Part shown: piece after piece, positions 40,501-47,930 of the stretch
Numbering within the stretch: the first letter of the stretch is position 1
Layout: each line of letters begins with the position of its first letter
Source: an uncultured Dehalococcoidia bacterium
Lineage (GTDB): Bacteria; Chloroflexota; Dehalococcoidia; Lucifugimonadales; UBA3495
DNA: 64,000 bases
Assembly: GCA_951813535.1 (NCBI GenBank)
Contig: OX638345.1
Span: forward strand, 1,607,158-1,671,157
Reading direction: 5' to 3'
The notes under the pieces: generated by a model
What the model was told of the DNA's origin: nothing
The model's database searches: none
The model's input: the letters and a program-made list of their open reading frames with translations, nothing else
Made by a program: the position numbers and the translations under genes

Positions 40501-42750
40501 GGAGGAAAGCGTTTCCCAGAACTCGCCCAGTCGCCGGGCGGATTCGGCGTAGCCGGGCGAGGATATCCACCACGGACTGCTTCCGTTGGCAGCGCCAGGA
40601 CAGCAGAACCTGGCGATCGACTGCACGAGACCCGAAATCCTGGCGAAGTTCCACTCGAACGCCGCCAATCGTTCGTCTCTCGACTGGCGATAGATGGCCA
40701 TTGCCAGGTCGATCTCTTCCCGGCCAAAGCTCAGGAAACCGGTTCCGCTTGCCCGGTTGCCGCGATCCTGCTTGTGCCGTAGGACGGCCTCCATGGCTGC
40801 GCAAATCGCGAAGCCCTGAATATCCTGGGCCAGGGTTTTGAAGGCGGAGTTCACGTCTTGAGCAGTCCGTCTTTCCTGTCGGACCGGCAGGGAGGATTGC
40901 ACTACCTCGCGCCTTCCGGCGAACCGGTTGAGGATGCTCCAGGCCATGTCGCTGCGCCGCGTGTCGATGCCGTCGATTTTCGGAACCGAGTTCGGAAATT
41001 CCCTCAACGCCTGGGGATCGAACACCAGCGTACTGGGCCCGCGATTAATCGATTGTTTGAGGTCAACGGACGGATTGTTCGTGGCGGACTGGACGAGAGG
41101 CCGAAACACCTGGGCGCCCATGAAGATTTCCGCAACGCGCGAAGAAATCTCCGACAACACCTGCTCGGCTGTCATGCTTGCCCGGCTTGGTTGATACCAG
41201 AACGGCCGCTCCAGGTGGCCCGCGCCCGAGCGCGACAGGTCATAGTAATAGTCCGCATTCTCCAACCGGGAGAGCTGATTTTCGTGTCCGCGATCCGGGT
41301 AAGGATCTCCCGGCCGCAACGCCGCCAATTGGTGCAGGTTGTGATAGAGGTCCACCAACTGTGTGCGCACGCAGCTCAGAATGGGCAATGGAGGATCGTC
41401 GGTAACTTGACCCAACACGATGCTGTGGCTGGTCCTCTTCAGTTCCTTTATCGCCGCCGCGTAGTCCACCTTCTGAACGCTGATTGCGCCATCTTCGCCG
41501 TGGACCAAGCCTTCCAGGGTCACGTCGTCGTCCAAAACCCACAACACGGTGCCCGGTCGCGGCTTCGCTTCCCAATACAGGTACTGCTGGAGCAGGGTAC
41601 GGCTCAGGGCTATGGACTTGCGCTCGGACAGCAGCTCCTCTGTCGCGTCGATGATTCCATCGACTGCATCGCACCGCTGATCCTCCAGAGATTTGAGCTC
41701 GATGTTCAGGCCTTGCCCGACCATACGGCCGATCACATCCCTGAGCCGACTGCGCGAATGCCGGTCATGACCGCCGTTCTCCAGCAAGAGTATCTTCAGG
41801 CCAACATCTTTCCGACCACCCATTTCCCGGCCCAAGCTCTCCAAGAGGTTGGACACATAACCCACCTCCGGTGACGTGATGGCGCCAACCACCAGGTCGA
41901 GATGATCCCCATCGCTGGAACCGCAGGGCTGAGGTTCCTCGAACGAAGGAGCCCTTGGGGAGACCGTCGGGTCGCAATCAAACAGGTCTCGGCTGCGGTT
42001 GATGAACGCTTCCCGCTGCTCGACTGTCATGCGACCCGAATATTTCCGGTAGAAGTAACTCAGGCCGGCGCACTTGGCATCCCCGCCGCGGGAAGAGAGG
42101 CGAGGCCTGTCGTCCTCGGCATGATGATGCACCAGGTAGTCAGTCAGGTTGGCGTATCTGACCGAACCAAGGTCGGCCAGCCTGATGCAGACGTCGCGGT
42201 CGGTGGTGCTGACCAGGGCCTCATCGAAACCGCCGGCCTCCCGCAACTTCTCCGCCCTGACGAACAGGTTGGAGCCTTGAATGTGGGGATTCCGCACCAG
42301 GAGTTCGTCCACATCCAGTTTCGGTGGGCTGCTCAAATGGCGGGTTTTGCCGCCCGTTTCATGGTAGATGATGCCGGCGGCCACCATGTCCAGGTCGTTG
42401 CCGATGATCGCTTCTTCGCACCGTTCCAGGTAGGTGGGCTCCCAAGCATCGTCGTCGTCCAGCAACGCTACAAACGCTCCAGGAGTTTCGACTTGCATCC
42501 AGGCGAGGGCAGTGTTGACGGCGCCTGACAGACCGGGCGTCCGCGAGTTTTCCAGGTACACCACCTGAGTGGTGGGGAAATTGAACTCGTCGGCAACTCG
42601 CTTGTTGGCGGCCCTGTGCACAGGGTCGGAATCGTCCACGATCACCAGGCAGTCAGGCATTCGCGTTTGGCGGGCAACGGACGCTAGGGCCCGCTGCGAC
42701 AGGAGGTCGGGCCTGTTGTGGGTGGGGATCAAGGCAACTATCGAGGGCAT
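37549..42750 (-). CDS. 1733-aa multidomain protein: GT2 module, GT-A-like module, kinase-like module, SAM-methyltransferase module, GT-A-like module, GT2 module
   Basis: N-terminal GT2: VALIPTHNRPDLL...CLVIVDDSD...ALLDDDDAW. Kinase-like: GVGEEGAVF..MVYKYF...CRNLHPDNLLV...CIDIG. Methyltransferase: VLDYGCGNGELAELL. C-terminal GT2: VFVICGRNVD...VVVDDASTNG...ITLDADDAL. Two further DxD regions: LWVLDDDVTLEG and VLQLDSDLLIH. The ORF is uninterrupted. Confidence 0.8.
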   Translation of the reverse strand: MPSIVALIPTHNRPDLLSQRALASVARQTRMPDCLVIVDDSDPVHRAANKRVADEFNFPTTQVVYLENSRTPGLSGAVNTALAWMQVETPGAFVALLDDDDAWEPTYLERCEEAIIGNDLDMVAAGIIYHETGGKTRHLSSPPKLDVDELLVRNPHIQGSNLFVRAEKLREAGGFDEALVSTTDRDVCIRLADLGSVRYANLTDYLVHHHAEDDRPRLSSRGGDAKCAGLSYFYRKYSGRMTVEQREAFINRSRDLFDCDPTVSPRAPSFEEPQPCGSSDGDHLDLVVGAITSPEVGYVSNLLESLGREMGGRKDVGLKILLLENGGHDRHSRSRLRDVIGRMVGQGLNIELKSLEDQRCDAVDGIIDATEELLSERKSIALSRTLLQQYLYWEAKPRPGTVLWVLDDDVTLEGLVHGEDGAISVQKVDYAAAIKELKRTSHSIVLGQVTDDPPLPILSCVRTQLVDLYHNLHQLAALRPGDPYPDRGHENQLSRLENADYYYDLSRSGAGHLERPFWYQPSRASMTAEQVLSEISSRVAEIFMGAQVFRPLVQSATNNPSVDLKQSINRGPSTLVFDPQALREFPNSVPKIDGIDTRRSDMAWSILNRFAGRREVVQSSLPVRQERRTAQDVNSAFKTLAQDIQGFAICAAMEAVLRHKQDRGNRASGTGFLSFGREEIDLAMAIYRQSRDERLAAFEWNFARISGLVQSIARFCCPGAANGSSPWWISSPGYAESARRLGEFWETLSSVYTPDRLAEFRRRVAEADDTAAREYFLNLHQVVARHRSMVTLPVDAIRTEAEARIKDEFGTGPLICLGVGEEGAVFTDGSMVYKYFHYWRPGTRDQKVAFLLSLVGRTSGCRTLPDIREVRQWGEHVAAVYPYERGDRYNGGRLEDILTLLRECRTAGIACRNLHPDNLLVTPSGLKCIDIGADIVPFDENEFEQMCRRALLTYRFHFRSDLKALMTRSLDEPDLPELAGLDQFRRAVDPRGPGELLHAPLAGMVMEHSPKTVLDYGCGNGELAELLANKVPNVTGYDPDADAMAKCLEHGGSVQYVDSTMLERLRADSTRFAAVIYSRVLCTIADSNELATVMSDLRRLVADQGRAWVAVCNPFYLEVASTELNSRPHQSDLGYHDTFVYEKAVAPHGNVRDEVHRSLATYRRAFAKAGLRVAAVKELDGADIGELRPASDHLVFELRPDVDSGSSVSLLIKTCHMEWRTIERFVRHQVAQLEDPVRFIEKVVVVDPSPGPFLRQYDVPDADAHREAMDRLLRDGVVDRVVYAPEDPATIRDTYRKWFGVESLETHSASSQQLFATLYGFDACIGNYVLQLDSDLLIHRDDVEHDYLSELAGVLRDDPNALFVPLSICRSDPLPYTDTGPDGDWRVEVRGCLFDRMRLESVLPIANDLENGRFVTGWHRAFDRFIAGSEFRSYRGGDPRTSFIHVPNERKADAEELLDILTAVERGYVPDCQLGKVDLQGWVADWAGPMRAEAFVFVICGRNVDPGQFKRCIESLTAQYGSDWGTVVVDDASTNGFGDYTEILLADYRGRVTIVRNATRKGLLYNTWNAITNYCADPQSVIITLDADDALIGTGVLERLRVEYENGADVTVGSMLRLDKQAVYLADFERPRWWTSNVWQHLRTFRKYLFDAIDIDDLKLDGEWIDIATDWAFMVPIIEMAENRTYIPEPLYLYEPSERKRRTVSAERDSVIARILNKAEYGRLACRDGVAGV

Positions 42751-42782
42751 CTGATTTCAAGAGGCGGGCGTCATTGGGGAAT

Positions 42783-43757
42783 TTAGCGCCGGCTCGCGGC
42801 GGTGCCGCATTTTACCCCGGTCGTCCAACGTCCCGCGGAGTTGGACGCCGGCGGCCATTGCAGCAACGATCGGATACCTTCGGAGAATGACACCTGCGAT
42901 TCTCAGCCAATCATCGATCTTGCATTGGAATAATCCGCCGCCTTCCGCAACTCCTCAAAATCGGCCCTGGGATTGGGCACGATGTGGCGAACCGGTCCGC
43001 CGATGATCGCGGCGATTTCATTGACGGACGTTTCAACATCGGTGCCGATGTTGAGCACCGTATGGCTGCCTGCAGCCAGAGGGACGGTGGCAGCCAGGAT
43101 GTTGGCTGCCACCACATCGGAAACGTGGGTGTAGGAGCGGGTCTGGGTCCCGTCGCCGTAAACGGTCAGAGGTTGTCCCTACGCCTTCATGCGCAAAAAT
43201 CGCGGTATCACCAGGGCGTATGCGCCTTCAGACGGTTGACCGGGACCGTACACGTTGAAGTAGCGAAGCGAGACCACAGTCATCTGGTGCAAACGGGCGA
43301 ATAGCTCCGCGTATTGTTCGCCCATCAGTTTCTGAAGCGCATAGGGCGACCTGGGGTTGGGCGTCATGCCCTCGCGCATCAGGTGCGTGGGTTGGTCGCC
43401 GTACACGCTGGACGACGAGGAGTTGATCACGCGTTGAACGCCGTTCTGCTGCGCCGCGCACAACACGTTCAGTGTTCCGGTGACGTTCACGTCGTGCGTC
43501 CCCATGGGGTCGGCCATGGACCGTTCGATGCGGGGCCAAGCGGCCGTGTGAAAAATCCAATCGGCGGACCGGGTCGCCGCAAGCACCGTGTCGAAATCGG
43601 CGACCGAGCCTACGACCAACTCAGCGGAGGGGTTCATCATCACGGCATCGCCGGCCGACAAGTCGTCCAGCACGACCACGCTATGCCCCAACTTCACCAA
43701 CCGCTCGACCAGACGGGAGCCAATGAACCCGCATCCGTCGGTTGCGACACATTGCAT
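42783..43757 (-). pseudogene. NAD-dependent epimerase/dehydratase (GalE-like) with two in-frame stops
   Basis: AAGGAGAAGGG precedes the ATG at 43757. GCGFIGSRLVERL and SPYALQKLMGE (YxxxK) are present. TAG at 43179-43181 gives RMKA*GQPLTVYGDGTQTRSY. TGA at 42903-42905 gives ARSMIG*ESQVSFSEGI, where the family has Trp. The frame is otherwise continuous over 325 codons. Confidence 0.75.
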
Positions 43758-44312
43758 CAATGCCCTTCTCCTTGATTGCACGAGGCGCACCCAGCCGGAC
43801 GGCAAGTCCGGTTCGACCTGTTCCCGCTGCGCTTTCGTGGTGAGCGCGACAGCGACCATGCTCCGATGGTTGAAGTCCATCACGGGCCCGATGTGTACGT
43901 TCGCCGGGGGAACACGCCCCTGGCCACTACCGCAGCCAATCTCCCTACTTCCCCGGCATCGGAATCATCCTGCGCGGTGGGATACTCTATCTGGCCTGGC
44001 CATATGGTGATGAGGAGCCACTGACGCCGCACCCGTCCGCTTCCGGACCATCAACGCGTTTCCTGATCGGGCCTCCGGGAGAACCGACGGCCGAGTGGAT
44101 TCGTTTTGATCCGATAATTGGTAACCGCGCCCTGAGGGTTCTCTGGGCCGGTGGCGGCAGGTTCTACCACGTATGACCGCAGCTAGCGGAGGCAACGGCC
44201 CGTCGAGTATCCGTGGTAGATGTCAAGCATTTTTGATGGGTTTCACAAGGGCATGACCTACCTACCCATCCTGATCAGTATGATGCCGGTTCCTCCGATT
44301 CAGCTCCCGGCG

Positions 44313-45119
44313 CTAAATCCTGCGTTCCTGGAACACCGCGTCGGCCTGTTCCAGGGCGTCTTCAACGTAAGGCCAACCGCGATACCATCCCGCCTGGGAG
44401 AAAACCTCGCAGATTTCCCGGCGGGACATGCCCAGTTCAAGCGCATACCCGATGTGCGCCCGCAGTTGCTTCATGTGGCCGCGGCACATGAGAGCCACCA
44501 GGATGCACACCGTGCGCTCCTTGGGGGTCAGGTCGCCGCGCGCCCACACCTCGCCGAAGTTATACGCCTCCACGAGGGCGGCGGTTTCGGACGCCAGCTC
44601 GTGGGATAGAGCATTTTCCGGATCGGCGCCGGCCTGCTCGCCCCAATTCTCGCCACGGATTCGCCGTCCCCGTTCCAGCTTTTCTTCCACCGACGCCAAC
44701 CAATCCGCCTCCAGGGGTTCTCGGTCCTCCAACTGCCAGACGGGTCGTTCGTTGATTACCCGTTGAGCCTGCGCCAGGGAGGACACGGTGGCCGGTATCC
44801 CCGCGTAGAAGATGAGCTGCAGGAAGATGCCCTTGATCTTTTGCGGTGACATTCCTAGGGACAGCCCGACCCTGATCTGATGCTGGAGACCAAATTCCCA
44901 ACCGTTGCAGCATTGAGCGGCGATGGTCGCCATGCTCCGCAGGGTCACCTCCAAGCCCGGCACCTGCCACACGCCGCCCCACATCACCTCTTCCTGCAAC
45001 TTCACATAGTCCGTGCTGATGTCGGGCAGCGCTCCGGTGAGCCGGCCCTCCGGCAGGTACTGGTCGATGAACCCGTGGAGGTTGGCGGCTTTTCGAGCCA
45101 GGTCGGATGCACTGTCCAT
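44313..45119 (-). CDS. Carboxymuconolactone decarboxylase (AhpD-like) family protein, paralog A
   Basis: GAAGGAAG precedes the ATG at 45119. A two-lobed CMD pattern: MATIAAQCCNGWEFGLQHQIRVGL..GMSPQKIKGIF and CILVALMCRGHMKQLRAHIGYALELGMSRREICEVFSQAGWYRGWP. Confidence 0.8.
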   Translation of the reverse strand: MDSASDLARKAANLHGFIDQYLPEGRLTGALPDISTDYVKLQEEVMWGGVWQVPGLEVTLRSMATIAAQCCNGWEFGLQHQIRVGLSLGMSPQKIKGIFLQLIFYAGIPATVSSLAQAQRVINERPVWQLEDREPLEADWLASVEEKLERGRRIRGENWGEQAGADPENALSHELASETAALVEAYNFGEVWARGDLTPKERTVCILVALMCRGHMKQLRAHIGYALELGMSRREICEVFSQAGWYRGWPYVEDALEQADAVFQERRI

Positions 45120-45169
45120 ATGTTCTTCCTTCAACGTTGATTTTGCCGTTATAGGCCCGCGGCTGGCGG

Positions 45170-45961
45170 TCAGGCTTTGCGCGAGTTGAAAACTTCGCTC
45201 GCTTGCTCCAGGGCATCCTCGACGCACGGCCACCCCCGGTACCAGCCGGCCTGGGCAAACACTTCGCAAATCTGCTTTTCATCGAGTCCCGCGTCCAGCG
45301 CGTACCCGATGTTGCGCTTCAGTTGTTTCATATGGCCCCGGCACATCAACGCCGCCAGGATGCACACCATGCGTTCTTGCGTGTTCAGGTCGGCACGCCG
45401 CCACACCTCTCCAAAGTGATAGGCGTCCACCAGCTCAGCCGATTCCGGAACGAACTGCCGAGCGAGGGAGTTCTCGACTTCCGCGTCGGCGCTTGCACCC
45501 CAATGCTTGACGCGCAGGGTCCTGCCCTGCGCCAGCATTTCGGCGATGGAGTCCAGCCACTCAGCGTCCAGCGGCACATCGCCCGCCCGCCATTCCTCCC
45601 GTTCGTTGATGACCTCCTGGGCGATGCGGAGGCCGAAGACCGTGGCCGGCACACCCGCGTAAAACAGGAGTTGGATGAATATGCCCTTGATCTGTTGTGC
45701 AGTAATGCCCACGGTGAGACCGGTGCGCACCTGGTGCTCGACGCCAAAGTCGTAACCGTTGACGCACTGGGCGGTGATGGTCGCGAAACTACGCAGCTTC
45801 AGGTCCAGACCGTCCACCAGCCAGACTCCGCCCCACATCAGCTCATGCTGCACCCGCACGAAGTCGGCCAGTACCGGTGTGGGTCGAGCGTAGGGCAGGT
45901 GCTGGTCGAAAAATTGACGAAGATTCGCCGACTTTTCCTGCAGTTCCTTTACCGTTGTCAT
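45170..45961 (-). CDS. CMD-family protein, paralog B
   Basis: Starts MTTVKELQEKSANLRQFF. Same architecture as paralogs A and C. The ORF-track N-terminal extension overlaps paralog C and is rejected. Confidence 0.8.
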   Translation of the reverse strand: MTTVKELQEKSANLRQFFDQHLPYARPTPVLADFVRVQHELMWGGVWLVDGLDLKLRSFATITAQCVNGYDFGVEHQVRTGLTVGITAQQIKGIFIQLLFYAGVPATVFGLRIAQEVINEREEWRAGDVPLDAEWLDSIAEMLAQGRTLRVKHWGASADAEVENSLARQFVPESAELVDAYHFGEVWRRADLNTQERMVCILAALMCRGHMKQLKRNIGYALDAGLDEKQICEVFAQAGWYRGWPCVEDALEQASEVFNSRKA

Positions 45962-45993
45962 GCTGAGGCCCTCCCGGTCTGCCCAACCATGAA

Positions 45994-46776
45994 TCAGTCC
46001 CCCACTTCCGCGAACACTTGCTGAGCCTGTTCCAAAGCGTCTTCCACATATGGCCAACCCCGGTACCAACCCCCCTGGGCAAACACCTCGCAGATCTCCC
46101 GCTGGTCGAATCCCATGTTCAGGGCGTACCCGATATGCCGCCGCAATTGTTTCCAATGCCCGCGAGCCATGAGCGCGGCCAGCACGCATACCATGCGTTC
46201 CCTGGGATTCAGGTCATCCCGGGCCCATACTTCGCCGTAGTTGTACCCATCGACTATGTCCGAGGCTTCCGGTACCAGCCGCTGCGCCAGGGACTGCTCA
46301 ACCTCCTGGTTGGCCTGATCTCCCCAATGTTTGCGGCGGATTTCGCTCCCGCGCTCCAGCTTCGCCTCCAGGGTTTCCAGCCAGTCCGCTTCCGTCGGCA
46401 CGTCCGCAGCCCTCCAGTCATCGCGCTCGTTGATCACCCGCTGGGCCTGCAGCAAACCGTGCACCGTGGCCGGAATTCCCACATAGAACAGCAGTTGAAT
46501 GAATATCCCCTTGATCTGTTGGGGGGACATCCCCATATCGAGCCCAACCCGTATCTGGTGCTGCAACCCGAAGTCCCAGCCGTTGACGCACTGGGCGGAG
46601 ATGGTGGCAAAGCTCCGCAGCTTCAAATCCAACCCAGGCGCCTGCCATATCCCACCCCACATCAGGGGCGTCTGGATGCGTGAGTAGTCAGGGGAAATGG
46701 ACGGGATGTCGCTGTTGGCGGGCAGGTACGTCTCAAGATCGTGCGATCTTCGGGATAACTCGTCGGGCGTGGTCAT
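45994..46776 (-). CDS. CMD-family protein, paralog C
   Basis: Starts MTTPDELSRRSHDLETYLP. Contains the SFATISAQCVNGWDFGLQHQIRVGL block. First gene of the tandem triplet. Confidence 0.8.
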   Translation of the reverse strand: MTTPDELSRRSHDLETYLPANSDIPSISPDYSRIQTPLMWGGIWQAPGLDLKLRSFATISAQCVNGWDFGLQHQIRVGLDMGMSPQQIKGIFIQLLFYVGIPATVHGLLQAQRVINERDDWRAADVPTEADWLETLEAKLERGSEIRRKHWGDQANQEVEQSLAQRLVPEASDIVDGYNYGEVWARDDLNPRERMVCVLAALMARGHWKQLRRHIGYALNMGFDQREICEVFAQGGWYRGWPYVEDALEQAQQVFAEVGD

Positions 46777-46839
46777 GGGCAGTCTCTCCTGGCAAGGCCG
46801 TGCTCTACGGCGGCAATTCTACCCGACCACACCGTCTAT

Positions 46840-47060
46840 CCCCAATCCACCAAAAGCGTGAATGGCGCAGCATGCGGAAGGGGTAGGAAAAATGCGCCTG
46901 TGCTTCGGGGATAGTGGTTTGCGAGGCAACAAACCGAACCCAGCGAAGGAGCACTCAACAGATGCTATCACGTGAGCAGCCCGACCGCATCCGTGTCGCG
47001 TTTGAAGATCACCGCCTGGTGGACAAATGCCAGGCTGATCCTTCCGGTCACTTTGGCCCA
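46840..47060 (+). mobile_element. IS1380 left-end relic (IR plus first ~35 codons of tnp, frameshifted)
   Basis: CCCCAATCCACCAAAAGCG matches the IR at 30111. MLSREQPDRIRVAFEDHRLV (from 46962), then ...ILPVTLAHHL in another frame, parallels MLPPERPDRIHVAFDDHRLVANAGLLLPVTLAHHL of the intact copy. Confidence 0.7.
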
Positions 47061-47212
47061 TCATCTGTGCGGCAGGTACCCCTGGTTAAACCGCGAACAT
47101 CCACCCCCTGATGCAGTCTGCTATTCAGCGCCTTATGGCACGGGCCACGGCTGGATTGCTGTCAAGCGCTCTCGCGTCACGCGGGTTCGACTGGCGTCTG
47201 AACGCAGACCGG

Positions 47213-47624
47213 TCAGCGTAGTATGGTGAAGGAACCGGGACATTTGCCCAGCGCTTGAGGGCCCCGCAGGTGAACTGCCGACCTGCGCCGATGGGCACGA
47301 ATTCGCCATCCGGCGGCAGAGTGTGCAGGCCGCGAAAATAACCGCTCCAGCATTCTCCGGAGGCGCCGTCGGGGGTCAGACAATCGTTGGCTGTTGCGGG
47401 TTTTTGGTCCTGGTCGGCATTGTGGGCGCCCCAACATAATATGGCGCCCGTAGCCCGCAGCCCGCAGGGATGACGATGGCCAACGCTGACTGCGCTAAAG
47501 GCCCCCGGCGGAGGCTCACCTGTCCGGCGATATCTCTTCCCCAGCAGTCGGCGGCGTTTGCGGTGAGGGCGGGACTTTCCTTATGACTCAAACGCAGGAC
47601 GGCGTCCCGGATTTTCGGTAGCAT
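47213..47624 (-). pseudogene. RCC1-repeat protein fragment, frameshifted
   Basis: Reads ...CWGRDIAGQ then, in another frame, EPPPGAFSAVSVGHRHPCGLRATGAILCWGAHN...PPDGEFVPIGAGRQFTCGAL. These are canonical RCC1 blade motifs. No start or proper end is present. Confidence 0.5.
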
Positions 47625-47782
47625 TCTATTTGGGACAATCCCTTGCTAAAAGGGACTATTTTATCGAGGCAAGGCGCATCTATTGGTTGCTGCTATTTTG
47701 GAATTGGTCTTCTGTTTCAAAGCCACTGTCCCAGATGAACAACAGCGTCATTCCCTTTCTTCAGTACGATGACCCCACGCTC

Positions 47783-47799
47783 TCGTTGGTGGATTCGGG
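47783..47799. repeat. IS1380-type right IR relic
   Basis: TCGTTGGTGGATTCGGG compared with CCTCGGTGGATTCGGG at 31806-31821. The flanks do not form a duplication with the left relic at 46840. Confidence 0.45.
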
Positions 47800-47930
47800 C
47801 TTAGTACGAATAAAAGTTATTGACGCCGGCAATGATGGCAATTTACACTGACACGAGGACGTAATTCTGACGTATTTCGTCATTACATCCGGGATTTATC
47901 TCCGAGACTAATTCCAATAAGGAGGAGCTG

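Noticed and set aside
40858-41874. 338-aa plus-strand ORF and other plus-strand ORFs between 37.5 and 42.7 kb
   Set aside because: They are antisense to the continuous 1733-aa gene, and their composition is not protein-like.
42903-43181. In-frame TGA/TAG as selenocysteine, pyrrolysine or other recoding (also the TAGs at 32422 and 32539 and the TAA at 22432)
   Set aside because: The TGA replaces a family-conserved Trp, and one TAG replaces a family-conserved Tyr. I see no SECIS-like hairpin immediately downstream. All three stop codons terminate normal genes in this window. Plain nonsense mutation is the simpler reading.
44560-46189. Long N-terminal extensions and alternative frames of the CMD paralogs (318-aa, 339-aa and 240-aa versions)
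   Set aside because: The extensions overlap the preceding paralog and are Arg/Gly/Pro-rich. Internal ATGs with good SDs give family-length proteins.
47175-47200. GGGTTCGA-containing stretch as a tRNA T-arm
   Set aside because: The flanking bases cannot form the T-stem, and no acceptor or anticodon arms can be drawn. No other tRNA-like candidates were seen in the window.
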